Below are positions 45,701 through 64,000 of a stretch of 64,000 nt of DNA, in pieces; position 1 is the stretch's first letter, and every line of letters begins with the position of its first letter. The stretch spans positions 27,837,504 to 27,901,503 of the forward strand of contig OZ037765.1 of assembly GCA_964035545.1 (NCBI GenBank). Reading direction: 5' to 3'. Source of the stretch: Bugula neritina (Eukaryota; Animalia; Bryozoa). The translations under genes were made by a program, and so were the position numbers. Below the pieces are notes generated by a model. It searched no databases and had not been told where the DNA came from. It worked only from the letters and a program-made list of their open reading frames with translations.

Positions 45701-47517
45701 ATCAACAACCAAGTTGAATAAAATGTTGCTTTATGAGTCAGAAAATAATAAGGAATCAAATTTGATGGTATTTTTAAGCTGGTTAAAAATGTTAATACAT
45801 GAATCACTAAAATCCCTTCTACTTATTAAAGCATTTCAATAAGGCAATTTCATAACAAAACATGTGCCTTCACTCATTAGTAAGAACACTTTGTAGTTTT
45901 TCTATTGCCATTTCATCATATGTTTTTATTTTAGTCGAAAACAGTTGTTCAATATGTGTTGATTCTATGACGTTGATCCTACAAGTGAAAAATTTCCAAA
46001 ATGACAATAAAAATTTGCAATTACTTAGTGACATACTAATGTAGCCAATCAACACACTGCTCATTGCTATAATACTAAAACCATACTTCACATGCATCTA
46101 CTGGCCATGTTCCATCTTACATACTGGGTACTGCATACAGAACACACTAACTGTATAAAGTGATAGCACTTTCACCTACCCTTTCAAAGTTCCAGAAGTC
46201 ATAAATTCTGTGACAAGTACAATCAATTTGCGACCTTTCGGGCTAACAAACTCCCACGAATCATAGAATCGGACGATATTTACATGCTGCAGTCCTTTCA
46301 GCATACCCGCTTCCTCTTTAAACCTCAGCCTCTCACTTTTACTCCATTTACGATCCTACAATAAATCACAAACAACCATGTTCAACAACATATTCAACTG
46401 TTCCGTTATTTACTAAGCAACTGCAAGAAACAATATTTACCATTAGTTCACACCATGCAACTGCCACGCCAGTCTCCACATCAAGCCCCCGAAACACAGT
46501 TTTAAATGAGCCTCGACCGATTTCCTCATTTTGTCGAATGTAGCGGCCGTCTGGTGACTTGGTGTGAGAGGCGTCATCGTCTTCATCTTCCGTCTCCCCT
46601 GCGACCGGCTTTTCCGTATCCACAGCTTCAGCCACACTGTTGACCTTTTTGCTAGAATCTGCTGTCACTTCAACATGTTTTACACTACTTGATTGTCCTG
46701 AAATCTCTTTCACAGACGCTGCAATGTTACTTTCAGCATCTATTTCACTTTTAGCACCATTATTTGAAGATGGAGTAGCCGAATCAGTCAAACGCTGATT
46801 TGAACCGACCGCACCATCTACATGTTGTTCTGGAAGATCTTGTTTAGATAAATCTGAATCTACCACATTCTGAGACCCTTCTGTTGTCAGGTCTGTGGAA
46901 ACAGTTTGATAATGAGCACCTGAATTCACAACACATTTCTCAGACTTGTCCTCGGACTCATCACATTTCACATTTTGCTGAGCTGTTAAATTCTCTGGAG
47001 AATTAGTATCAGATAGCTTAGGACTTCTAGTTTTCTGGTGTTCCAATGTTCCGGAAGATTTACTATGTTCTACAATCGTAACACATTTTTTCTTGTCTTT
47101 TAAGTCGGGCATCTTTACCTCTTTACCTGTAATCTTTAAAGCAGATCTGGGATGTCTATGTCCACCTTTGTGCATATGAATTTCAAGGTGTGAGCGTTCT
47201 TGAGCTGTTGTGGGAACATCCTTAGCAGAACGTGTGTTTATCGGCCTAACTGCCTTTAATTCAGCACCATTATTTCCAGCGAGATAATCCTCACTCAACG
47301 TAGATTTACCTGGGTCAGATCTTAACGTAGCACTCTGTATAACAAATCTCTTAGAACCATTTCCTATTATCCGAGCTGGAGGTTTCAACTTAGACTTTGT
47401 TTCTGTAAAATCTTTATGGAAATCAGCACGTTTGGATGCCAAACTCCCAGTTGTATCCTCATTTGAATCAACTTTTTTTGTTTTTCCGAACCTTCCAGCT
47501 GATACCACTTTACTCAT
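30750..47517 (-). CDS. WNK: WNK (with-no-lysine) Ser/Thr kinase, about 20 exons
   Basis: Kinase exons 47517-46441, 46355-46180, 45557-45337, 44572-44415, 44184-44096, 43312-43105: [19 protein letters not shown] (catalytic K in the G-loop), [54 protein letters not shown]. Then low-complexity exons (42725-41943, 41629-41393), a CCT-like region (39631-39409 and from 39110), an RFSI motif (about 33850) and last exon 31631-30750. Some middle exon boundaries are uncertain. Confidence 0.95.
38592..38654 (+). repeat. G-rich approximately 12-bp tandem repeat (GAGAGGGGCA) next to a WNK exon donor
   Basis: Five or six G3+ runs with loops of 9 nt or less. Confidence 0.75.
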
Positions 47518-48499
47518 AATGAGTCTTTACATATGCAGATGCACTTATGCAATGATACTTGGCCTGAGCAATGCTAACATGATTGTTTTATCAGAGTAGC
47601 TAATCTTCCAGCATAGATCCTTGGGTTAGCTTTGCTATGACATTTTCTCCAAAATTTTCTACAAAGAAATTAGTAAAGTTGAAGTTTTTAAAATCATTTT
47701 TAGTAAAACTTTTTCAATTTTTCATTGACTAATAGCTTAAACCCAGCAGAATACACATATACCATTATTGTACTTTTAAATATTATTAATACTCTGTTAC
47801 AGTATGTATCTAGCTCTAAAAAGAAGTCATAAGATTAAAATTGAATGCATATTGTGTAAAAAATTGTAATAGTTATGATATTGATAGTAGCAGATATATA
47901 TAGAAACTACTAAGGCTGACCCTAGAACTATTATTAACTATTTAACTATTTTATTGGTCACCATGAAAATATTAGTAATAGTTATAATTTGACATTTATA
48001 TTTAATCTGAATAAAAATTACGACATGTATGCTGATGTCAAAATTAGTATTTCTTATCACAGGTTAATGAATTAGATATTCATATTTATAATAGCCAATA
48101 TGAATTCTATGCGAGACTAAGAATAAGAACATTGATACTTTAATACCCTTAGCTGTACAGTTCTAGCTTTAATATAGATATAACTTAATAGAAACATATT
48201 TCTATAGATACCGGTAACATTGACATTTACATTATGATTGTGACTTATGAGTGTATTTATGATGTTTATTACTATCATTATGTTATAAAATAAAGACTAA
48301 GAGTTTTGAGATAAAATTAAACCTACTCTTAGTAAATAAATCAATAATAAGTCATTATAATAACATTAATAATAAATAAAATTATAAATTGCTCATATTG
48401 AATTTGATAACTACAAAATTAAATTAATAAATTAAAAACATCCGATTTATAATTTTAATTATATTTTTATCATTATTATAGATATTATTATAACTTATT

Positions 48500-49400
48500 T
48501 TCAATATTATAATATTACAGTATTATGGCCTATGGCTATTCATATAGTGACTGTGAGTTAGTCTTATTCATAGGCCTACAGCTACGCCTAGTAATAGTGC
48601 CTAGGAGTAAGGCATAGCGATAAGTATAGCATTAAATTTACTGCATTAGGCTTATTTGTAGTAGTAGCACTACTAGTACTACTAATAGTAGCATTACTAC
48701 TACTAGGTCTAGTGGTAGTGGCAGTAGCAGTAGTAGTAGTTGAACTTAATAAAATTAAATGAATATGATTATAAGTAATACTATTACTAATACTAATAGT
48801 AATACTAATGAGTAATGATAATAATAATACATTTAGTTTTATTATATTACAACGTCAACTGTATAAATTAAAATCAACTACAAATATTAGTATTACATTT
48901 ACTTTTAGTATAACCAGAACCTAAATAGTAAATTTAACGTAAACTAAAACTAAAATCGTAAAACTAAACGTAATGTTTATCATAATGATTATGTTAACAA
49001 TAACATGTCATAATCCAAATCAAACTCAAAGTTAATAGACAACAAGAATAAAAATAAATATAAAACTAAAAGTAAAAGCCAATTTCAATTTGAGTTCAAT
49101 TTTACAATTATAATTTGAATTACTCAAAATCAAAGTCAATAGTGAATAGAGTAACACTAATACTTATACTAATACTAAATCTAATAGTCAACAATTTTAA
49201 TTAAGGTTTTAAGTCAAAATTAAAATAGAAATGTAAATCACTATGGCTAAATCTCTAAACTCAACCTGAAATTTCAAGACTAAAACTAAAAGTAAAACTA
49301 AAAGTAAAACAGTTTTAGTTGAACTAAAACTAAAAGTATATATAAAAGTAAAAGTAAATATTCACGAGACTAAGTGTAAAATCAAAAGGCAGTAATTGTA
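48500..49400. repeat. Hexamer-cadence low-complexity tract 5' of the WNK CDS
   Basis: agtagtagcactactagt, actaaaactaaaagtaaaactaaaagt and similar runs. Confidence 0.7.
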
Positions 49401-50419
49401 AAACTAAATGAATTAATTGTACCTAATAAATCATCTCGTCATTTTAAAACTGATCAGTCTAAAATGAAAATCAAGATGTATGATAGACTTGGAGAAAATC
49501 TATATAATAAAATATAATACGAACATACGGCGATAAGTAGTTACGATTATGGATTAGTCATTGACGTAGTCGCTTGCAATCGGAATATTATAATTATTGT
49601 ACTCAAAACAGCGATTTCTATGTTTTGTCGTATGGTTAGAAAACGGAAATGGCGGATGAATAATTTTTGTGCGTCTGCGTCTATAAACCCGAAACTACAT
49701 GTTGTTAAATGAATTTTTAAAAAATACATCATTATTTGCTACATAAAAGTTTATTAACAAAAATGTTTTATCAATAACTAAAAGCGTGCTAAGAAAAAAC
49801 AGAAATTTAGCTAACCCTTGCCAGGGAGTTTTTCACAGCGACGCTTTAGTTTGTCGACAAGGGGGTTGCAACTCTATAATATTTTTTATAATTGGACAGA
49901 CCTGTGGTTACTTTTTGTGTTATTACCACTTACCAATTGGTGCGTTCTGCAATTACTGCAGTAAAAGTTGAATAATTTGGTAATGATAAAGTGCATTCCA
50001 ACCAAAGGCAGCAAATTCAAAAAATATTTATAACACTTTTGCTGAAAAAAAAATGAAGAAACATTATTGCATTTGCTTGTTATCACTACTGTATAGCAAA
50101 CTGAACACCTGCATTCTGGAATTCTAACACATTGTACATTATTAGTAAAGTGTATTCATATAGGATTACATTTATTTTAAGAAAGTAGTAAATAAATTCG
50201 TAAAATAACTTAATTTTAAAATATTTGCTAATAGAAAAAACAACTTTATTAGATATCGATAACAAACTTTAAATAACATCTATGCAGTTTGACAATACAA
50301 AATATTTACAGCAAACAGTGCACCAGTACATTGCAAAACAAGATCTAGTAAAATATCAAACTTAATTACACAAATTTGTACACCATGAGATCTTATAGAC
50401 ATGCAAAGGCAACTACAAA

Positions 50420-55364
<4,945 letters not shown>

Positions 55365-56089
55365 GGTAGAAACAGAGTAAAGTAGTGTCTACTGCTAGCA
55401 ACCAGCTTTCTACTAACGCATGTGGCGAGCCTTAGCCTAAATGTTCAAAATGAATACTCTACAAACAGTAAAATTTATAATTTGACTAAAATAGTGTAAT
55501 GTAAAATATTTTCAACAATTTATATATATTTATAATAAGCTACAAAAATAAGACCAGGTAAAATTTATTAACTTGAGGTATAATTAAATTTAGTGAAAAG
55601 TGGAAGTTTAGTAAGATTCTACTTTTATTAGCCACACATTGAGCAACAGGTAAAGCATAATTAATTTATTTGCCCCTTTATTCCTTAAAATTTATTTACG
55701 GATAGCAACAAGTTTTGTTACTGATGCATTTTTATACAAACTACTGTAGCATAGATAACTGTGTCTACCAGTATTGAATGTTAGTCTACCTGTTTTACTG
55801 GGCAGTGACTTAGTTACTATAATGCAGCCCTATCACAAAAACCAACTAGGGTATACATGATGTTACCATTTAGAGGTGTTAGTATTAGAAGGGGTCATTT
55901 GTTTAGACTCTAGCATTTAACCCTTCTTGATATAAACTGATGGCATATAATATAGATGTTCCACTTGCTGGAAATTTAGCATATATAATGTTGGTTACTA
56001 ATACGTATTGAGAAGCCGAAAGTTAATAACTATAATAGGTTATCAAATCTAACAAAGGACAAAATACTTATACTTCAAGTCTAATGCTT

Positions 56090-56900
56090 ATTAGTTATCA
56101 CTGTGCCTATGACTATAAGTATAACTATAAATCTAACTACTGCTATGACAATCAGAATCACTATGCAAATTCAGCATGATTATAACTATAAGTATAAGTG
56201 TTAATAATAGTATGAGTGTGCGGCTATGTCTATGTAAACTAAGGATAAATTTGACATAAAGTAAAAGTGCACAGTAATACTCTTGATCTTGATTGGGTCA
56301 AGTCCCAAGACCTCTCGGAAAGAGTAATTGTGGGACCCTCGGATCTATTTAGGCTAAGAAATACTAATAGTAATACTAATCCAATACTAATAACAGTTAT
56401 ACTTACACTTATAGTTATACTAATACTTATAGTTAAGACTAAAGTTATACTTAATCTCATACTCATAGTGATAGCTATACTTAGTCTTATTTACTTTTAG
56501 TGTGAGTGTTACACAGTTACTGTTACACTTACTGTGAGTGTGTCTGTTACAGTATCTAACTGTTACTATGACTCATACTATGAGTATGATACTGAGTATG
56601 AGTATTACTATTACTATAACTCAACTATAACTTATACTGTAAGTGTATAACTTAAACTATAACTCAATAGGCATAAGTATAACATTAACTACAAGTATTA
56701 GTAATAGTATAATTATACTGTATAAATATAATAACTATAAGTATAAGTACTGGTACAACACTGTAAGTGTAAGTGTAACCACTAACAGTAACTGTAAGTA
56801 AGTCAAAGTGTATACTCATAGTCATACCCATAGTCATACTGATACTCATACTGATAGTGATACTGTATACAGTATAGTAAAACTAAAACTAAAACGTTGT
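56090..56900. repeat. Hexamer-cadence low-complexity tract 5' of the BAP1 CDS
   Basis: actataagtataactata, actcatagtcatactgat, actgtaagtgtaagtgta. Confidence 0.7.
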
Positions 56901-58343
56901 TGCTTTAGGTATCATTAAAAATTATAATTTTACTTTACTTATTTGCAGAGATTATGTAACTACTTTTAGGACAATAATAATAACAATTACGAGTAAATTG
57001 TGTAACTGTGATTGCAACCAGAAGATCAAAATGAAAATAAGAGTGAACTTTTTCAAATGGACCGCTACAATGGCAAGCTTACGAATACTACGGAATAATG
57101 GCATCAACTGGAATAATATTTATATACTTTGTATACCGTATTGAATGAAATGATTTCAAGTACATGGTTGCAGAGTTACCTACTTTATAGATAAGATAAC
57201 TCTCCAAAGACAACCTAGCGCACTAAAGAGACCGTTGGTCATGATGCTGCTGTCTAATTTTCTAAGCCAAATTTACACTTCATAAAATCTAAGTAATGGC
57301 AGGGGTTACCGTTATGCACAATTAAATCCCATTGATTTTACCCAGAGTCATATATACCTCAATTACACATAATACACCTTTCTTATCCTTAGATATGGTG
57401 ATTTCACCTAGAAGTAAAATACACAACTATGTATGACTTACCTGAATGGTCTTCTCAGAAGCAGAGCAATGTCACTCTACTCAGACTTAACAAGCATAAT
57501 TATGTATAAAGCTGTACCTACCTACCTATTGCAGTTATCCTTAATTCTAGGTTCACATATACACGCACAGTCATCTGCATCTATTATAATTATGACTCTA
57601 GCAATGACCAGTGTGAAATATTGCAAAGGTTTAATAGCTCTCATGTTTCGAATAGTTAAATATTATTTTACTATGCATAGTTCTTTGTAGCGCTGCAAAA
57701 TAATATTATAGTTAATTAGACTGTTTAAAAATTTATAGTGAGAGAAGCAAACTATAAAGTAGCTCAGTTTTTGTTGAATTATGAATTAAGACTCGGTGGT
57801 GGAAAGATTTTTCACATATTGGTTAAATGATGCGTTTATAAACCTGAAACTCTGAATAAAAGTATAAAACATTGTAGTAAAATATGTGTAGGGCTAAACA
57901 TAAGATCCCCCGTCATATATTAGCATAGAAAAACAATATAAATGAATTAAAAACTGTTTCCATTATCAGAACCCATTCAGAGAGACATCAGCTTGTCAGT
58001 TTATATCGAATAACCCTGTTGGTCTGATGATTATAAAATCAGGTAGCTTAGGTTTCATCAGGCCAGGTTATATGACTGGAATCATTGCCTGAATGGGGCA
58101 CTAATCTTACAGTTAGAGATCTAGCCAATACTAATTCCAATTCTTAGAACATAACATTTTGAATAAAAAATTATACTGTAGGTTATCAACACCATCAATT
58201 GAAAACTAATGACTAGATACTATAAACAATTCTCATAATCATTGAATGCAACAAGCAGCCTTAAAACTTATAATAAAAATTGTGTAACTAATGACTGCAA
58301 GTAAGTTGTACAAAAACAAGGCTATATATAGCTGAGTGTTGTG

Positions 58344-59017
58344 TCAGGAAGAAAACAGAAAGTCCATATTGTACACAATTATACGTCCATAAGTGTCTGT
58401 TGGCTGTTCAAACAATAACTTTATGGACTTTCCAGTTGCTGTAGAATCCAGTGTAAATATCTACAGCCGAACTAAAGAAAATAATTATTTGAGCTACCAG
58501 TTTCTTGAGCATAAGTTATTTGTGGCCTCCAAATGAGACAGAAATACAGTATACACGTATATAATTTACGGTAATTTACATAATACATGCGATAACTTTT
58601 AGAGTATTTTACAGTAAAAAAGGATACTTGTTGTTTATTATCATCAGCAGGATAAATCTTTTGTATTTCTTTAAAATGGTCTCCATCTAAATTGCAGAAA
58701 ACAGTACACTGTGAACAAGAAAATCCTCCTTGGAACTGAAGATGAATCTGAAACATTTCAGAATGTCCATTAAAAATTATTTTTATATTATTATACATAT
58801 ACTGAAGATTACAAGTTATAAAAACATTCATAGAATACAGATAAAAATGACAGGCACAGTAGCTATACTAACTTGTGAAAAAGAAACAATGCCCTCAAAT
58901 TTAACTATGACCCACTGCAGATCCCCGGCATCAGAGTTCCAGCATGTCTCTTCTGAGCCATCAAACAGATATTGCTTGCCATAAGTCTTTGAATCTTTAT
59001 TTAGAACCGAACTAACC
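58344..59017 (-). CDS. NR2C2AP: Nuclear receptor 2C2-associated protein (TRA16); N-terminal exon not resolved
   Basis: Exons 59017-58873 (RVSSVLNKD..YGKQYLFDGSEETCWNSD.G..QWV), 58747-58628 (LQFQGGFS..IYPADDN), 58460-58344 (TDTYGRIIVY). Confidence 0.9.
58461..58627 (-). other. Probable U12-type (minor spliceosome) GT-AG intron
   Basis: 5' site GTATCCTTT; degenerate branch TTCTTTAG with its A 12 nt before the exon; no separate polypyrimidine tract. Confidence 0.75.
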
Positions 59018-60089
59018 CTAAAATTTAAAAACACATTTGTAATAGATTTGTTTCTAAATAAAATAGTACAGCCGACTTACCTGCAGGGGTTGATGTTGAA
59101 AAAAATATAGATTATAACTAATATATCAACATGACTTTCCAGTGATTATATGTTTTCAAATATTTCTTATTTCAATAATTGATTGATGAAAAATCACTAA
59201 CTTTGACACAAAAGATGGTGAAGGGTTAAGATTTTCTGAGCCATCTCTTTTACACACAGCTTGTTGACAGAGAGAATGAAATGTAGCCATCAATATTACC
59301 AATGCTGCTAAAGCTTCAAGCAAATGTGGATACAAATTTGAGGATTTTCTGAAATAGAAATTAATAAGTTGAGAGAAGTGAACAGCAAATTTACAATGTC
59401 TAGTGTATGAAATGATACTGCTTGTTTAGAATAAGCAATTGTAGAACACATTCATATGGTAGCTAAATATACTCATTAAGCATTAAACAGATAATAAAAA
59501 ACAGTACAGTTGGACCTAACATACACCTTTGTTTTAACTTAACTTTTTGTATGCCAGTCATGATTGTTATAGAAATTTAAAGGAAAAACCATGGTTCAAG
59601 ACATTTTCTGATTTTATATAGATCTTTCCTTTTGATACTTATAGTATAGGAGGCTTTGGTGAGAGAAATGAAAACTACATGGCCACTTATTTTGCTTACA
59701 ACAAAGTTCCTAAATATTTCAAGAAAACACAGCCCATATTTGTGATCTCTTTTTAGCTTAAATTAGTAATCGCATTAAAAATTAGTAAAATGCATTTCTG
59801 CATGGTCATAAAAAAAGCTTCCTAAGTAGTAGTTAAGAAAAAGAAGCTGCCTACAAAAATGTGATGAAAAGCAGAGTTATCCTTGACACTTGACAGAGCT
59901 GACAGTTACAGATGAACTCACAATATTCTTGCTAATATGAATCAGCATATGACATTGACATTACCAACATTATGATTATTACTATGACTTTGGGTATAAA
60001 AATGAATAGAATAATTAATTCAAATAGGCAATAGCTATTACTATACCAACATATATGACATTACACTTGAAGTTAAATTGAGATTTAAT

Positions 60090-61910
60090 CTATTAATATT
60101 GCTATGAGTACGACTATGAGCATCATACTGATATTCAGTACGATAGTGACACTGACTGTGACTATCAGTATCACTATGACTGCATGAGTACGAAACTGAG
60201 CATGTCTAGGTGACTAGTCTATTACAATATTAATATTATTATTAGCAATTATTATTATAGTTATAAGTTAAATCAAAAATAATATTTTAGTCAAGAAGAT
60301 AGATTAAAAATTAATTATTACTATATCAATATGAATATGGATATATGAATCATAACAATAATATCATTCAATCACTATTACTATTAGTATTACTATTAGT
60401 ATTATATGGATATTCATTCATTTTCAATTTCATAACTATTTTTATTTCTAATAGTAATACTAATATAAATATTACGATTAGTAATTTCATCATTCAATTT
60501 CATTAATTGAATTTGATGCTATACTTAATCTCATAGTTATTGAAATTGATTGAAGATTATTAACTTTAATCATATTCATAGCAAAATTTTGAAAGTCAAG
60601 CTGAAGCCGACAACGGAGTGCATCGTACAACTAAAAGTTTTACTGTAACTGTAAGTGTAAAACTATAAGTAAAATATAACTGTTATATCATTTCAAGTGG
60701 AAAATTTATCGCCTATCAAAGCATCATCAGTATCATCAGAGGCTCATTGAATCCTTGACATAGTGATATGTTGCCTATTACTTTTACTGCAGGTTTTTAC
60801 TTGGGCATGGACGCATGGAGAATAAAGTTAAACTTTTATAAACAATCCGCATCCCTAAGATCATGATTAGGGCTATCCTCATTGGCTTATATCTGACCCC
60901 AGCGAGTCAGCTATTAATATAGCCCCGCCCATCAGCTATTTCTGATAGCGCCAAACTAATACTAATAAAGTAGTTAATGTTATAGTAATTAATATCATAA
61001 TCATTATCGTTTAGCTGTGTATAATTATTATCATATTATTAATAAATCTAGTATAAATATTAAAATATGTTTATCATTATTGTTGTTATTATAAGATTAT
61101 ATATAACAATAATAATAATTATATTTAATTTTATTCATTATTCATTATGATTATTGTTCACTAATACTAATAGTAATAGTAATTGTTGATGCTTGTAACT
61201 CAAACTGCAACTGTAAGTGTAAGACCAAGAGTAAGTGTAGCTGTAAGACTAAGAATAAGCGTAACACTAACAGTCACTGTAAGTTCAAGTTGACGTTGTA
61301 TTTAGTTTTACTTTTAGTTTTAGTATTTAGTAATACTTATCCTAATACTAATAGTTATACTGATAGACGATAGTCATAGTGATGCTAATAGTAATACTAA
61401 TAGTTCTTGATTAGTGTAACTGTAAGTGTAAGTCAAAGTGAAAGTATTGCACTTAGTCTTAGTCTAAGTCTTACAGTAACTTAGTGTAACACTACTGACT
61501 AAGTGCTAACACTCTACTCAAAGTCAATTTCAAACTCAATGTAAATCACTAAATGCCATAATCATAATGATTGATACATTAATAATCGTAATCATAATGA
61601 GTGTCTTGATGAATAATATTAATCATACAGTAATATTGATAATGTAAACAATAGATCTATTTCTAAGACTACTAAAATTAATAATTTAATTTTCTGCCAG
61701 AAGGGGGCAATTTGCTATTTTTCCAGGGCATCATCATGATTATCATTATAAACAAGAAACATAATAATGTTATTACAAGTACTATTAGTGTTACTTATTA
61801 ACAGTTGGTAACATTAATTTTAGACTACTAAATCTGCTGCCCTATATTTATATTGAATTTTACTGATAATGCTATACTCATAGTCATAGTCATAGTATAA
61901 CTGTTATAAA
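60090..61910. repeat. Hexamer-cadence tracts flanking a CpG/GC-box island (about 60600-60960) between the divergent NR2C2AP and KANSL3
   Basis: Tracts on both sides of the island, which contains GCCCCGCCC (about 60922) and ATTGG (about 60880). Confidence 0.65.
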
Positions 61911-63642
61911 CAATTTAATAAGCTGCTTTATTTGTGATTTATCAAAAGTATATTGTAAGTGTGAATACTAAATCTGTATAATTGTGAATATAAATATTTG
62001 AGCTGGGCCAAAGTCATGGAAAGTCTGGTCATGTCAATGGCTAGGCATGTCAAGCCATGATATCCTATAATTCAGACAAAAGCGTTTTAAGGCAAATAAA
62101 GAATTGAAATAACTCTAGCTATTTAACGGATGCAAATAATGAAAATGTGTTAGTAGTTTGACACATTAGTCAGATTAAATAAAAATATCCAATTATATTT
62201 TTAGGAATAGCAGTTTTGAAATTGTTAATAATGGCGTATTGGTAGTTTTTACTGTCACTTTGATGATGCTAACCCTGCCAAACTGATGTTTAGATTGTTA
62301 CTGTGATTTTAATATTGGAAATTGCTCTATTCAATAAACTGAACTTTAGACTTACAGTCTGTCTACATTCCTGGGTATCAATAAGAAATGCTGGTGTTTT
62401 GGACAATATTTTCATTTAACTGATAACATTTAAATATGATACATTTTGTATATTCAGCAATTTGTGACAATTTTTTTCTTCTGCATATATTATATACTCA
62501 CTAGCAAAAAGTTATTCACAAGCTGCGTGGAAACGTAGTTTAACAAGTGCCTTAAAAAACTGTTGTTTTAAAAAAAATTGCAACTATAAAGAAGAGCAAA
62601 TGTAGTGACTGAGAAAGGCCATTGCGTGGAATGGGCTGCGCTCAACTGTGAGTTGATCTGATTTGACAATTTAACTTTGACCAATCAAAACTAACTGTAA
62701 CAATATTTGTTTTTAGCATAAATATTGTCAGGATTTCTGTTAGATGTCGGTCTAGTATTGCGTTGAATAAAGTTTACTCTTCTAAATTACTATTACTGGT
62801 TATTTATGAACCACTTCTTGTTGATTTATTGCTGAATAAGAGTTGAAGATTCCCAATAGTAATGAATAAGTTTTGTTCAAAATCTAGTAATGACTACCTC
62901 CTTCAGAGGGAGTTTCTACCTCTATCTTCGATGACATTGACTGGGATACTAATCAGCTATTCCTAGCCATGTCACTGTCACATCTAGAGCTTTGCTGCTA
63001 ATTGAACACTGAATAGTGAGGAGCATATAAAACAGTGTTGTATCAGTAAAATTCCACAGATTGGAATAAATTTCTGCAAAGTAATTCAGTTAATCTGACA
63101 CTAGTGGTAATTGACAAATACTGAAGTTTTCATTCGTGTGTCTTTAGTCACAGCTTTACAGGAGCAGATTTAGGCTTGTATCTCAAAATTTGTTCTTCAT
63201 CCCATTGAATAGCCTACTCAACTTTTTTGAGCAATGCATGGTCAAAATATACTTTCATATGAATGATTTCATATAAGCAAATTATATACATAGCTTACAC
63301 TGAAATAAGATCAAGTAAGAACTTGATCATGTAAGTAATCTATGATATTTAAGCATAATTTAAGTTTAAATTGAATTGCATGTAATTGTTAGTTTTTATA
63401 GTCAAGTGTATAAAGTAGTAGAAGGGCTGATTTTCATATATATTGTATTTGCCTACATTCAATTTTCAGAAAAAAATAGTCAAAATTTTTGTTAGCTAAA
63501 ATATTGTAAGCTTACTCTATGTTTCATGAATTCCAAAATTATGGTTTTATATTTGACAAAGCTAAACAATTTTTATATACAGTTTATTATGAAACTGTTA
63601 TGCTAATAAGGATAGCATTTGATAATTGTAATTGTTAGGTCA

Positions 63643-63944
63643 ATGGAGTCAGTACAAGTTGAAGATAAAACACTTGGTGCATATCCAAATGCTTCACATG
63701 CCTTTGCCACACATCAAACTTGTGAAAACCAAGAAGTTCTCCAGAAAAGTATTCAAAGCAGAAAAAGAGAAAATTGTTTTTCTGATCAATACGTTTTGGG
63801 TAACACTGAAGGATCTCACTTCACCTCACTTGACCATTGTTACTCCAAAATTTGGAACAGCCAGTCGGAGTACAGCTGTGCTCAAACCGCCAAGATTATT
63901 TCATGGCTTGATATTCATAAGCAAAAGTCTCCAATTAAACAATG
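63643..63944 (+). CDS. KANSL3: First coding exon of KAT8 regulatory NSL complex subunit 3-like; gene continues beyond the window
   Basis: LDHCYSKIWNSQSEYSCAQTAKII aligns, from memory, with the KANSL3 N-terminal [24 protein letters not shown]. Acceptor at 63638, ATG at 63643, donor TG|GTAATG at 63945. Confidence 0.7.
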
Positions 63945-64000
63945 GTAATGCACAATTCTATAGCGTTTTGTTTCATTTGAATATTTTTTTTGCAGTTAGT

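Noticed and set aside
56239-56500. Hydrophobic ORFs on both strands
   Set aside because: By-products of the hexamer-cadence tract (alternating I/S/T/L/V).

Overview
AT-rich, intron-rich animal (invertebrate-like) nuclear DNA. Recognisable genes: WDR48/UAF1 (+, 6949-14736), WNK kinase (-, 47517-30750), BAP1/Calypso (-, 55364-50420), NR2C2AP (-, about 59017-58344, with a probable U12 intron) and the first coding exon of KANSL3 (+, from 63643). An uncharacterised 12-exon repeat-protein gene (+, 16045-30164) carries a complete, very young Ty3/gypsy LTR retrotransposon in intron 6 (20302-27806). That element has identical 305-bp LTRs, an ATAG target-site duplication, a tRNA-Leu PBS and a -1 gag-pol frameshift signal. 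The main novelty is its third ORF. It sits in the env position but is not an envelope: it encodes a C2H2/C2HC zinc-finger, SP/R-rich, coiled-coil protein, and it can be reached in frame by splicing from either a 25-nt mini-exon after pol or a donor early in gag. This suggests a 'complex' retrotransposon with its own nuclear regulator. Other oddities: a WDR48 splice donor amplified into 30 in-frame tandem copies, hexamer-cadence tracts on the 5' side of the conserved genes, a possible soluble versus tail-anchored splice switch, and HCF-1-binding motifs in BAP1 and KANSL3. All exon structures were read by hand; no database searches were run.
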